This document shows, piece by piece, positions 49,901 to 62,360 of a DNA stretch of 64,000 nt. The stretch lies in NCBI RefSeq assembly GCF_963921235.1, contig NC_086108.1:92568001-92632000 (forward strand). Reading direction: 5' to 3'. The notes beneath the pieces were generated by a model, which ran no database searches, was not told the DNA's origin, and saw only the letters and a list, made by a program, of their open reading frames with translations. Position 1 is the stretch's first letter; the number at the start of each line of letters is the position of its first letter. The DNA is from Mobula hypostoma (taxonomy: Eukaryota). The translations under genes and the position numbers were made by a program.

Positions 49901-52900
49901 GATACTGGGAGTCACTTACTTAAGATGAGATGGGGTAATTTGAAAGGAGATGTCAGGGCAACGTTTTTTTTTAAACAGAGGAGTGCTTGCTGCCTGGATT
50001 GTGCCACTAGGAGTGGTGATGGAAGTAAATACAGTAAGAGGCATTTAAGAGACTCTAGGTACATGAATGAGCCAAGAATGGAGCAGTGTGGACATTGCGC
50101 AGGCAGAAGAGATTAGTTTAGTTAGTTGTTTAATAGTTTAATTAGTTTGGTACATCACGCAGTCAGGCTACCGTCAGGCAGGAGACTACGCTACATAAAA
50201 ACAAGAATGGTCAGGCTGAGAAACAGCTTCCTCACTCAAGCCATCAGGTTTTTGAACTCCCTGCCATATCATTTTCGAAGTATCACGAGTTGCTTTGCTC
50301 TTCTCATTTCTATATACATTATATGGTTATATACATGTATATAGTTAAATGATAATTAACTTGACTTGCCAACATCACGGGCTGAAGGACCTATTCCTAT
50401 TCTGGACCGTTCTATGTTCTAAAGCAAGTTATGTACCTCAGATTATACCTGCGTAATTCTACAGTTAAATTGCTGTGTGGGAACACGTCTGAATTCCCCC
50501 TGCATGCTCAGCATGTCAACTGAAAATCCCAATGTTTGTTCCAATTTACTGTAATTCCAGGAAAATTTGCTTCTAGACATTTTATATTTTTGACTACATA
50601 GTTTCCCGGAGATGTTTCTAAAGCTGTCTGCCTTCCTGCAGAGAGTTTGTATGTTTTTTTTTGTTGGGGTTGTGGCACTATCTAACATTTCAAAATCCTG
50701 AGATCACAGGACTGCACACATAAACATCTTTAAGGAGGTCATGTCAGAGGTTCAGAAAAAGACCTTGAGCTTTCAGTGGAACCCATTCAAACCAGTAAAA
50801 TTGCCCATTCCTGCTTCTTGCACTGTTCTTTATTGCTGTGTAAACTTTAATATCTCTAATGAGTCGAGGCCAGAATTTTTAATGTACCAGGTCTCCTACC
50901 CTCTCCACTTTGCTCCCCACCTCCCCCCACCTCACTCCCCACTTCCCCCAACAACCTCTTAATTTACTGGAGTTTTTAATTGTGGATCTCTGTCTTCTGG
51001 AGTGTTTAAACTATTGTAAAAAGTAGAGGTTGTTTCTGCATACATACTGACTGACCTATAAATTGAGCAGAACGATCTGTTGGAAGCCTCTCATCTGAAG
51101 GTTCCTCCCTCTTTTCTTAATGAACATAGTTTTGGAAACAATAATATTTCTTCTCATGCAGAAAGGAAAGTAATCAAACAGCGACAGATATCAGAGCCAC
51201 AGAATCAAACACACACTGGAAAGGCAGGTTTAAGTGAATCCGCAAAAGGTGTGGCAAATTAATATAAGCAACACACATTAAAGAGACCCTTCGTCCTGAC
51301 GTAAACATCGACTGTACCTCTTCCTAGAGATGTTGCCTGGCCTGCTGCGTTCACCAGCAACTTTTATGTGTGTTGCTTGAATTTCCAGCATCTGCAGAAT
51401 TCCTGTTGTTGGCAAATTAATATTGTTGGATAGGGAGTGGAACTATTAATGGAAGAACCATCTGTTATTTGACTGCCTGAAATAAAAGGAGACACTCGCA
51501 ATATGCAAACTCATGAACCAAGCAAAGGAGTTTGCCACTCCACCACTGAACTTAATCACTCAAATCTGATCTGTCTCTCTAACTTTGTGTTAGTTTCTCC
51601 TCTGCACATTCCATGCCACTGCTTGGGTCTATGTTTAAATTTCTCCCACCTTTTTACAGCGAAGCTTGGATGATTGTAAGCTGTTAAGTACTGTATTTGC
51701 TGGTATCTTTGTATATGAAGCCTTTGCCTGGCTCTTGGTTGCTGTCAGTGTTAACTGGATGGCTCCTTGTCTCTGAATCAGTAGAGCGTATCATCACGTT
51801 TTACTCCCAAGGTCAAGCCTGACATCTCATAGCAGTACTGTTGGAGATGATGTCTTTCAGACGAATAAGTTACAGGCTCCATTATCCCTCTTAGAGGGAC
51901 CTTCTGAGGCACCATTTTGAAAAAGAGCAAAAATGTGTATCAACATCAACTTACAAACGAGAGAGTTAATTGCTCAGGGTTTACAGATGCTATAAGCACT
52001 GCGTAACATCAACTCTAATCAAACCCCTGACCAGAGAGATTCTGGACTCCAAGGTTCACAGAAACATTATGGGTCACTGATGGAGTGGTGCACAGTGAGT
52101 AGTGTTCTAGCCCATTAGTCAAGGCCTTAGCTGCTTATTTCAGAATCAGGTTTATAATCACTGACATATGGTGTGAAATTTGTTGTTTTGCTGTACAGTG
52201 TAGTACATCTAATACAATATAACTTGCAATAATATATATTAAAAAAGGGTGGAGTGGAAGAAGCAAATCTTAAAATATTAGGTGTGTGTCTTTGTGCTCT
52301 GTAACTCTTCCCTGATGTGGTAATGATAACAGGGCATTCATTCATAAACATATCTTTTTCCTTCAGAACGAGACCACTGAAGTTTATATATGACGAAAAT
52401 GGCCAAAAGAATTATTATCATCTGTATGTTATGTAGCTGGAGCACAAGACTTGCAGGGCGTTACACAATTAATCACATTCTTTTGCAAATGCAATAGCAT
52501 GTAGGAAGCTCCCACATACAGCAGTAAGTTAATGACCAGATAATCCGTTTCAGAGTAATCTAAAAGATAAAAGAAGTAATCAGCTAGAGGATCAATCCTG
52601 GGCCCAACATATTGATGCAATTACAAAGAATGAACACCATTTATATTTCAACAGGAGTTTGAGGAGAATTGGATTGTAAACAAAATCACTCGCAAATTTC
52701 TACAGATGTACCGTGGAGAACCTTCTAACTGGTGCATCACTGTCTGGTCTGGAGGGCCCGCTACACAGGATTGGAAAAAGCTGCAAGAAATTGTAAACTC
52801 TGCCAGCTCCATCATGGGCACAAGTCTCCCCAGCATCGAGAACACTTTCAAAAGAGAATTCCTCAAAAAGGTGGCATCCATCATTCAGGACCTCCTTCAC

Positions 52901-53068
52901 CCAGGCATGCCTTCTTCTTGTTGCTACCAACAAGGAGGAGGTACAGGAGCCTGAAGTCACACAATCTTTCAAAAACAGTTTCTTCCCCTCTGCCACCAGA
53001 TTTCCAAATGGACAGTGAACCTATAAACACTACCTCAGTATTTTACCCTCTCTTTTTGCACTACTTAT

Positions 53069-54804
53069 TTCTTTGGTTCTGTCTTCACTAAGGAGGACAT
53101 AAATAATTTTCCAGAAATAGTAGGGGACAGAGGGTCCAGTGAGATGGAGGAACTGAGCGAAATACATGTTAGTAGGGAAGTGGTGTTAGGTAAATTGAAG
53201 GGATTGAAGGCAGATAAGTCCCCAGGGCCAGATGGTCTGCATCCTAGAGTGCTTAAGGAAGTAGCCCAAGAAATAGTGGATGCATTAGTGATAATTTTTC
53301 AAAACTCATTAGATTCTGGACTAGTTCCTGAGGATTGGAGGGTGGCTAATGTAACCCCACTTTTTAAAAAAGGAGGGAGAGAGAAACCGGGGAATTATAG
53401 ACCGGTTAGCCTAACGTCGGTGGTGGGGAAACTGCTGGAGTCAGTTATCGAAGATGTGATAACAGCACATTTGGAAAGCGGTGAAATCATCGGACAAAGT
53501 CAGCATGGATTTGTGAAAGGAAAATCATGTCTGACGAATCTCATAGAATTTTTTGAGGATGTAACTAGTAGAGTGGATAGGGGAGAACCAGTGGATGTGG
53601 TATATTTGGATTTTCAAAAGGCTTTTGACAAGGTCCCACACAGGAGATTAGTGTGCAAACTTAAAGCACATGGTATTGGGGGTAAGGTATTGATGTGGAT
53701 GGAGAATTGGTTAGCAGACAGGAAGCAAAGAGTGGGAATAAACGGGACCTTTTCAGAATGGCAGGCGGTGACTAGTGGGGTACCGCAAGGCTCAGTGCTG
53801 GGACCCCAGTTGTTTACAATATATATTAATGACTTGGATGAGGGAATTAAATGCAGCATCTCCAAGTTTGCAGATGACACGAAGCTGGGTGGCAGTGTTA
53901 GCTGTGAGGAGAATGCTAAGAGGATGCAGAGTGACTTGGATAGGTTGGGTGAGTGGGCAAATTCATGGCAGATGCAATTTAATGTGGATAAATGTGAAGT
54001 TATCCACTTTGGTGGCAAAAATAGGAAAACAGATTATTATCTGAATGGTGGCCGATTAGGAAAAGGGGAGGTGCAACGAGACCTGGGTGTCATTATACAC
54101 CAGTCATTGAAAGTGGGCATGCAGGTACAGCAGGTGGTGAAAAAGGCGAATGGTATGCTGACATTTATAGCGAGAGGATTCAAGTACAGGAGCAGGGAGG
54201 TACTACTGCAGTTGTACAAGGCCTTGGTGAGACCACACCTGGAGTATTGTGTGCAGTTTTGGTCCCCTAATCTGAGGAAAGACATCCTTGCCATAGAGGG
54301 AGTACAAAGAAGGTTCACCAGATTGATTCCTGGGATGGCAGGACTTTCATATGAAGAAAGACTGGATGAACTGGGCTTGTACTCGTTGGAATTTAGAAGA
54401 TTGAGGGGGGATCTGATTGAAACGTATAAAATCCTAAAGGGATTGGACAGGCTAGATGCAGGAAGATTGTTCCCGATGTTGGGGAAGTCCAGAACAAGGG
54501 GTCACAGTTTGAGGATAAAGGGGAAGCCTTTTAGGACCGAGATTAGGAAAAACTTCTTCACATAGAGAGTGGTGAATCTGTGGAATTCTCTGCCACAGGA
54601 AACAGTTGAGGCCAGTTCATTGGCTATATTTAAGAGGGAGTTAGATATGGCCCTTGTGGCTACGGGGATCAGGGGGTATGGAGGGAAGGCTGGGGCGGGG
54701 TTCTGAGTTGGATGATCAGCCATGATCATAATAAATGGCGGTGCAGGCTCGAAGGGCCGAATGGCCTACTCCTGCACCTATTTTCTATGTTTCTATGTTT
54801 CTAT
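53069..54804 (+). mobile_element. Young 5'-truncated CR1 LINE
   Basis: Uninterrupted RT frame, a 3' stem-loop region and a (ttctatgt)n tail. Confidence 0.95.
53144..54565 (+). pseudogene. CR1 ORF2 reverse transcriptase fragment, 473 aa, no endonuclease
   Basis: All CR1 RT motifs intact (NYRPVSLTS, DFQKAFDKV, GVPQGSVLGP, FADDTK, RDLGV). Ends at a TAG where other copies read FFTQRVV. Confidence 0.9.
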
Positions 54805-55300
54805 TTAATTTTCTTTTTTATATTTACTTCTTATTGTAATTTATAATTTTTATTGCTTATTGCAATGGACTGCTACTGCAGAACAACAAATTTCACAACA
54901 ACTGCCAGTGATGTTAAACCTGATTCTGATTCTGTTTCTAACACACACAAAATGCTTTTGGAACTCAGTTCAGGCAGCATCTGCGGAAAGGAATACAGAG
55001 TCGACAGTTTGGTACGAGACCCTTCATCAGAATTCCTTTCAGTCACATTAATTGAAGGCTAAGTATTGATTATTGCACCTATAAACTCTGACAAGTATAT
55101 TTGTTGTTGAATGCACACCCTTTGCCAGTCTAATCTGTGCCAAACTATTATCTGCCTAGTCCCATTGGGCTGCATCTGGACTATACCCCTGCATACCCTC
55201 CCCCCCATCCATGTACCTATCCAAATTTCTCTTAAGTGTTGAAATAGAAACTGCATCCAAACTTCTGCTAGCAGCTCGTTCCACACGCACAATACTCTCG

Positions 55301-55812
55301 GAATCAGAATCAGGTTTATTATCACCTGCACGTGACGTGAAATTTGTTAATTTAGCAGCAGCAGTTCAATGCAACACATGATCTAGAAGAGGAAGAAAAA
55401 AATAATAATCTATGAATTACAGTATATGTATATTGAATAGATTAAAAATCATGCAAAAACAGAAATAATATATATTTAAAAAGTGAGATAGTGTTCACAA
55501 GTGCAGTGTCTATTTAGGAATCGGATGGCAGAGGGGAAGAAGCTGTTCCTGAATCGCTGAGTGTGTGCCTTCAGGCTTCTGTACCTCCTTCCTGATGGTA
55601 ACAGTGAGAAAAGGGCATGCCCTGGGTGCTGGAGGTCCTTAATAGTGGACGCTGCCTTTCTGAGACACTGCTCCCTGAAGATGTCCTGGGTAATCAAGAT
55701 GGAGCTGACTAAATTTACAACCCTCTGCAGCTTCTTTCGGTCCTGTGCAGTAGGTCCCCCATACCAGACAGTGATACAGCCTGTCCGAATGCTCTTCACA
55801 GTACGTCTACAG
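55301..55812 (-). mobile_element. Rex1/Babar 3' fragment
   Basis: GCITVWYGG...HPGHALFSLLPSGRRYRSLKAHTQRFRNSFFPSAIRFLN with a ctgattctgattc tail. Confidence 0.85.
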
Positions 55813-55986
55813 AAGTTCCCCCTCAGGTTCCCCTTAAACATTTCACATTTCATCCTTAACCTGTGACCTCTAGTTCTAGTCTCACCCAACCTCTGTGGAA
55901 AAGCCTGCTTTCATTTACCCTATCTTTACCCTTCACAATTCTGTGTGTCTCTATCAAATCTCCCCTCATTCTCCTATGCTCTGGAG

Positions 55987-56066
55987 CAGTGTTTCCTAAC
56001 CTGTGGACTCTGGACCCCTCGGTCAATGGTAGGGGTCCATAGTATAGAAAAGGTTGGCAACCCCTT
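55987..56066. mobile_element. Small hAT-type MITE
   Basis: Degenerate TIRs cagtgtttcctaacct and aggttggcaacccctt. Flanks ctctggag and ctctaggg match at 6 of 8 positions. Confidence 0.6.
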
Positions 56067-56139
56067 CTCTAGGGAATGAAGCCCCTAACCTATTCAATCT
56101 TCCCCTATAACGCAGGGACTCAGGTCCTGGCAACATGCT

Positions 56140-56786
56140 ACAAGTACCTGGGATACGAATTGACAATAAACTGGACTAGTCAAAGAACACTGAGGCTGTC
56201 TACAAGAAGGGCCAGAGCCGTCTCTATTTCCTGAGGAGACTGAGGTCCTTTAACATCTGCTGAACGATGCTGAGGATGTTCTACGGGTCTGTGGTGGCCA
56301 GTGCTATCATGTTTGCTGTTGTGTGCTGGGGCAGCAGGCTGAGGGTGGCAGACACCAACAGAATCAACAAACTCATTCGTAAGGCCAGTGATGTTGTGGG
56401 GATGGAAGTGGACTCTCTGATGGTGGTGTCTGAAAAGAGGATGCTGTCCAAGTTGCATGCCATCTTGGACAATGTCTCCCACCCACTACATAATGTACTG
56501 GGTGGGCACAGGAGTACATTCAGCCAGAGACTCATTCCACCGAGATGCAGCACGGAGCGTCATAGGAAGTCATTCCTGCCTGTGGCCATCAAACTTTACA
56601 ACTCCTCCCTTGGAGGGTCAGACACCCTGAGCCAATAGGCTGGTCCTGGACTTATTTCATAATTTACTGGCATAATTTACATATTACTATTTAGCTATTT
56701 ATGGATCTATTACTATTTATTATTTATGGAGCAACTGTAAGGAAAACCAATTTCCCCCGGGATTAATAAAGTATGACTATGACTAT
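56140..56786 (+). mobile_element. Young Rex1/Babar 3' fragment, same subfamily as 27251-28114
   Basis: The 123-aa ORF is nearly identical to the C-terminal part of the 27388-27987 ORF. (gactat)n tail. Confidence 0.9.
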
Positions 56787-57086
56787 GTAAATTTTGTCTG
56801 CACTCTTTCAATCTTACTGATATCTTTCCTGTAGTTAGGTGACCAGAACTCCACATAATGCTCCAAATTAGGCCTCACCAAAATCTTTTGCAACTTCACC
56901 ATAATATCCCAACTCGTGTACTCAGTACTTTGATTTTTGAAGGCCATTGTGCAAAAGCTCTCTTTATGACCCTGAGTTCCCAGATGCCTCTGTCTTGTCA
57001 AAGCCCTCAGTGCCCTGCCATTTACTGTGCAAGTCCTAATCTAGTTTTACCTCCCAAAGTGCAATACGTCTCACTTGTCTGCGTTA

Positions 57087-57125
57087 AGTTCCTGATGAAG
57101 GGTCTCGACCTGAAATGTTGACTGT
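57087..57125 (+). ncRNA. Minimal hammerhead ribozyme motif in a solitary Penelope terminal repeat (57087-57220)
   Basis: agttc-CTGATGA-a-gggt-ctcg-acct-GAAAT-GTT-gactg. Confidence 0.55.
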
Positions 57126-57476
57126 TTATTCATTTCCATAGTTGCTGCCTAACTTGCTGAGTTCCTCCAGCATTCTGTATGCGTTGCTCTGGATTTCCAG
57201 TACCTGCAGAATCTCTGCCGTTTTTCACCCTATTTTTCCAGCTCTTTAGATCCTGCTGCAAGTTTCGATGGCCTTTCACATTGTCCACTATGCCCGATCT
57301 TGGTGTTATTCGCAGACTTGCTGATTCCGCTTACTATTTTATCATCCAGATCATTGATCTAGATGACGCACAACAACGGACCCAGCACCGCTCTCTGCAT
57401 CACTCCACTAGTCAAGGGCGTCCAGTCAGGGAGGCAACCACCTACTACCTCTCTCTGGCTTCTCTCATGAAGCTAA

Positions 57477-58058
57477 TGAAACACTCCGGTTCCATCGGCT
57501 GTGCAAGTCTGGGGAAGACGATCTCTGGCCCCGCCAAATGTGTGAGGTTGAGGCGTGAGCCCACCCCAAAACCCTGTTTGTGTGGATGCTCGTGTTCATT
57601 ACCCTGTTACAAGTAAGTGCCACAAAATATCGGACAGTACACCACATACAACTAAAAGATTTAGCTTTGTAATTCTTAATTTGACTAAAGGGTTAGTAAA
57701 GAAAGAACAAAAAAAGAAAAGGGCCCATTTTAATGATACAGTCTAATGTGCACAAGTTGGAGCTCACGGTTTCCCCTTTACCGATCCTCCTTCGATTTCA
57801 CTTTGGGCTTCATCGAATCATGGCCCCGCTCCGGGTTGCATACTACGACCTCTTCTCTCTGGTATCTTCTCTCTTCATCTCCTTCACAAAAGCCGCAAGT
57901 CCAACCTTAGTGTCCCTCACCAGTGAAACCTCTCCTTATTCCAGCCGTCCTAATTGGATGGCACACAATCCTCCTATCTCTTATCTTCAGTAGTAACCCA
58001 AACAACCAGCTTGCACAGAACAGCCTAACAGTGCAAAAATATGAACCAGGGCATTACA
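57477..58058. mobile_element. Solo LTR (582 bp)
   Basis: TG...CA termini with imperfect inverted ends tgaaacactccggttc and gaaccagggcattaca. 4-bp TSD ctaa at 57473-57476 and 58059-58062. Interrupts a CR1. Confidence 0.8.
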
Positions 58059-59399
58059 CTAATGTCTAAACCACCTTACTACTTCATGCTGAATGCCAAG
58101 TGACCGAACCTTCTTGACCAAGCTCCTTGTCAAAAGCCTTGCTAAAGTCCATGTAGACAATAACTACTGCCTTGCTTTCAGCAACTTTCCTGGAAAAACT
58201 CTATAAGATGGGTTAGAGACGACCTACCATGAACAAAGCCACTTTGACTATCCCTAATCAGTTCCTGTCTATCCAAATACTTACATATCAGATCCTTCAG
58301 AATGCGTTCCAGTAACTTTCCCACGACTGATGTTGGGCTGATGCAGGTCACTGTGGGAAGGGATCATTTTGTCACATGGCTGATACTGTAATTGTTTCCC
58401 TTCTTGTGTTTCCATTTCGTGGCTGCACATGCTCCAACTTGTACCGAGAGTTATTTAAGAACACTGTGTATTTCCCTTTTGAGTGAGTACAATAGCATAA
58501 CAACAACACAACCCCACTACGGAGCTTTTCCTGCTCTTCAAAATAATACCAAAGGATTTATTGTGATTTAGTGCCAATGAACAAACTGCTTCATTTTCAC
58601 ATGGTGTCTCAAAGGTGGCAACTCTACAGCATTCTCTCAGCAAGGGTCAGGCTTTACTTTTAGTACATTCTCCCAGAGTGGCGCTTGAGCTCGCAGCTTC
58701 CTCCCGGTATCAAAGATGGTAACATAGGGCTACAGCTGAACGTAAAAGCCAAATTGGGGTCAGATCTCCAAATCTGAAACAAAAATACATACATTGACTA
58801 TGCAACACTTAATTATACAATCAAGTAACTAAATCTGATACCATTTAATTAGCAGGTCCATTCCCACTCAAGGAACTCATACCACTGAGATTAAGCCAAC
58901 ATCGTACCCTTTCTCAAGATAACCTGCGTTGGCTTTTTGAAGTATGTTAAGCTTCTAGAAAGAAAGAGCTTGCTTTCTTTCAGGACCATAAGTCACCTTA
59001 AAAAGCTAACCGATGGTTAAATTCCTTGAAGTATCGCTCGAACTCAGGAAGCACCATAACGGGAAAAATCTCGGTTTTACCTCCTGCATCTCTCTTGTCT
59101 CCTGAACTGGCCATTCATTTGAACCCAGCTTCATGTGGTCATCACTTCCCTTGCCACTCTTCATGGCCATGTTTTCCTCCCACGTTCCAAAAACGTAGGG
59201 CTTAGAGTTGGTAAGTTGTGGACATGGTACTTTGATGCCAGAAGTGTAGCAAGACTTGCAGGCTGCCCCCAGCACATCCTTGTGTTGTGTTGGTCATTGA
59301 CGCAAATGGCACATTTCGTTGTACCTTTCAATGTTTCGGTGTACGTCTGACAAATAAAGCCAATCTTTAACCTTTGACCTCCAAGAGAACTACAGACTT

Positions 59400-59735
59400 G
59401 TCGTGGTGTGGAGGCTTGCGTGTCTCAAAGATCTGGAGGGCTGTGATGGCTGGAGTCAGGACTTTTTGCTTTGGCTTTTGATGAGGTCTAAGACTTGGAG
59501 GTTCACCAAGTCCTCCAGGTTCGGGGGATTCAGCTCAGGGCTAACAATCCTGACTGATGAAACAAAATTGTTATGGAAACAGCGATGAAGAATCCTACAT
59601 CTGAGTGCAATGGTATTCCCAAGTCTCCATCTGGGACTTGCATGACGGACAGTAATGCATACCGAGAGGAAGCTGAAGATGGAGGGCCTACATTGCCGCC
59701 CGAAATGCCAGTGGCATAATGGACAGTAAGTAAGT
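59400..59735 (+). mobile_element. Short non-autonomous RTE-related element
   Basis: RTE-like 5' UTR motif gggctaacaatcctgact joined to a 3' end agatggagggcctacattgccgccc and a (taag)n tail. Recognised by pattern only. Confidence 0.5.
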
Positions 59736-59799
59736 TAATCTTTAAAGATTAGGACAGGACCATATACATGGTATTAGCAAACCTGTTTCCTCCTTTTCT

Positions 59800-61085
59800 A
59801 CGCAAACAACAGGAATTCTGCAGATGCTGGAAATTCAAGCAACACACATAAAAGTTGCTGGTGAACGCAGCAGGCCAGGCAGCATCTCTAGGAAGAGGAG
59901 CAGTCAACGTTTCAGGCCGAGACCCTTCGTCAGGACTAACTGAAGGAAGAGTGAGTAAGGGATTTGAAAGTTGGAGGGGGAGGGGGAGATCCAGAATGAT
60001 AGGAGAAGACAGGAGGGGGAGGGATGGAGCCAAGAGCTGGACAGGTGATAGGCAAAAGGGGATACGAGAGGATTATGGGACAGGAGGTCCGGGAAGAAAG
60101 ACAGGGGGGAGGGGACCCAGAGGATGGGCAAGAGCTATATTCAGAGGGACACAGGGAGAAAAAGGAGAGTGAGAGAAAGAATATGTGTATAAAAATGAGT
60201 AACAGATGGGGTACAAGGGGGAGGTGGGGCTTTAGCGGAAGTTAGAGAAGTCAATGTTCATGCCATCAGGTTGGAGGCTACCCAGATGGAATATAAGGTG
60301 TTGTTCCTCCAACCTGAGTGTGGCTTCATCTTTACAGTAGAGGAGGCCATGGATAGACATGTCAGAATGGGAATAGGATATGGAATTAAAATGTGTGGCC
60401 ACTGGGAGATCCTGCTTTCTCTGGCGGACAGAGCGTAGGTGTTCAGCAAAGCGGTCTCCCAGTCTGCGTCGGGTCTCGCCAGTATATAAAAGGCCACATC
60501 GGGAGCACCGGACGCAGTATATCACCCCAGCCGACTTACAGGTGAAGTGTTGCCTCACCTGGAAGGACTGTTTAGGGCCCTGAATGGTGGTAAGGGAGGA
60601 AGTGTAAGGGCATGTGTAGCACTTGTTCCGCTTACACGGATAAGTGCCAGGAGGGAGATCAGTGGGGAGGGATGGGGGGGACGAATGGACAAGGGAGTTG
60701 CATAGGGAGCGATCCCTGCAGAATGCAGAGAGACGGGGGGAGGGAAAGATGTGCTTCGTGGTGGGATCCCGTTGGAGGTGGCGGAAGTTACGGAGAATAA
60801 TATGTTGGACCCGGAGGCTGGTGGGGTGGTAGGTGAGGACCAGGGGAACCCTATTCCTAGTGGGGTGGCGGGAGGATGGAGTGAGAGCAGATGTACGTGA
60901 AATGGGGGAGATGCGTTTAAGAGCAGAGTTGATAGTGGAGGAAGGGAAGCCCCTTTCTTTAAAAAAGCAAGACATCTCCCTCATCCTAGAATTTCACGAA
61001 GGGTCTCGGCCTGAAACATTGACTGCACCTCTTCCTAGAGATGCTGCCTGGCCTGCTGCATTCACCAGCAACTTTTATGTGTGTT
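59800..61085 (-). mobile_element. Young Penelope-like element, 5'-truncated, with intact GIY-YIG frame and inverted terminal repeat
   Basis: 250-aa ORF 60232-60984 (FKERGFP, FTCKSAGVIYCVRCSRCGLLYTGETRRRLGDRFAEH, LQPDGMNIDF). 60996-61085 is the reverse complement of ~59842-59930. Confidence 0.94.
59901..59938 (-). ncRNA. Minimal type I hammerhead ribozyme motif, best-preserved copy
   Basis: Minus strand reads tagtc-CTGACGA-a-gggt-ctcg-gcct-GAAAC-GTT-gactg. Stem I agtc/gact, stem II gggt/gcct, palindromic ACGT stem III. Confidence 0.72.
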
Positions 61086-62021
61086 CCTCCTTTTCTACTG
61101 CCACTCTCCTTTGCTCCAAAACAAAAACAGTGAAATACACACCTATTTCCTCCCCAGTATCTCCAGATGTCTTTCTGGTGAATGTGGCAACGTTGCTCCT
61201 GCCTCTTCTGAATCAGAAAGAACCGATGTATATGCATAGAGGATGTTTGAAAAGTTGTTTTGTTTTCCCACAGGAATGAGGAATGGAGGTGTTTAGGGAA
61301 ACCTAATGGAAATTTCTAAAATTAGGATTTTTTTTTAAGGTAACTAACAGACAGCACCGATTGGTGTATGTGTAACAAGGGAGAGTTAAGTGAAGATTCT
61401 CCGTAGAAATAAGGAAGGGAAATAGAGATTATTTTTCATGCTCGGAGTTATTTATGCTGTATGAGCAGTAACTGAGGCAGAGGCTATAATACTAATTATG
61501 CATGCGACCTTAAATTCAGATATATAAATATATGCAGGGAATGCCATTGAGCCACATAGCTCGAACTGAAGAGATCTTATCCACACAAAGCCAAGTGGCC
61601 TTCTGTCCTGTTGTTTGCACGATCCTGCAGGAAATAATTTTAAATAGGATTATCAAAAGCCAGCAATTAAAACCAAACCATTTTAATTGGTCAAAGTTTA
61701 CTGTGGGCAGCTGGTCACAAGCAAGTAGGTGGTCATTCTTTGGTAACTCTGGTTTTCTTCCCCATTCCTCAGCAAAATTGATTGGAATTTCTGTTGAATA
61801 AGCTGAATTTTAGACCAGAAAAACAGGTTTACTTAGATATCAGGCTTCCAACCACAGCTTATAATTACCACACATAAGGGATAGGGAAGCAGTAGGATGA
61901 GTGTTCTGTCTGGTTTATCGAGACACCATGGACTGAACTAAACACATGTAAGCACCATCACAAAGAAGGCACACCAGCACCTCAACTTAGATTTTTGCAT
62001 GGATTTGGTATGTCAGCTAAA

Positions 62022-62360
62022 ACATAGAACATAGAAATCTACAGCACATTACCCAGCCCTTCAGCCCATAAGGTTGTGCTGACCATGTCACCTACTCTAG
62101 AAACTGTCTGGAATTTCCCTACCGCATAGCCCTTTAATTTTCTAAGCTCCATGTACCTAACAGTCTCTTAAAAGACCCTATTGCGTCCTTCTCCACCATC
62201 GCTGGCAGTACATTCCACCCACCCACCACTCTCTTTGTGAAAAACTTGCCTCTGACATCCCCCTTGTACCTACTCCCAAGCACCTTAAAACTGTTCCCCC
62301 TCGTGTTATCCATTTCAGCCCAAGGAAAAAGCTTCTGGCTATCCACACGACCAATACCAC
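62022..62360 (-). mobile_element. CR1 3' end
   Basis: RVDSQKLFP...GDVRGKFFTKRVVGGWNVLP with a (ttctatg)n tail. Confidence 0.85.

Larger units (their letters stand above)
52520..54932 (+). mobile_element. Rex1/Babar 3' fragment (52520-53068 and 54805-54932) split by a young CR1
   Basis: CITVWSGGPATQDWKKLQEIVNSASSIMG and HAFFLLLPTRRRYRSLK. The 3' UTR resumes after the CR1 tail. Confidence 0.78.
55120..58340 (-). mobile_element. CR1 LINE fragment carrying five younger insertions
   Basis: RVLCVWNELL, GETRTRGHRLR and LVRPNLEHYVEFWSP in the ORF track, and a VYMDFSKAFDK reading near 58125-58160; pieces are collinear across the inserts. Confidence 0.82.
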
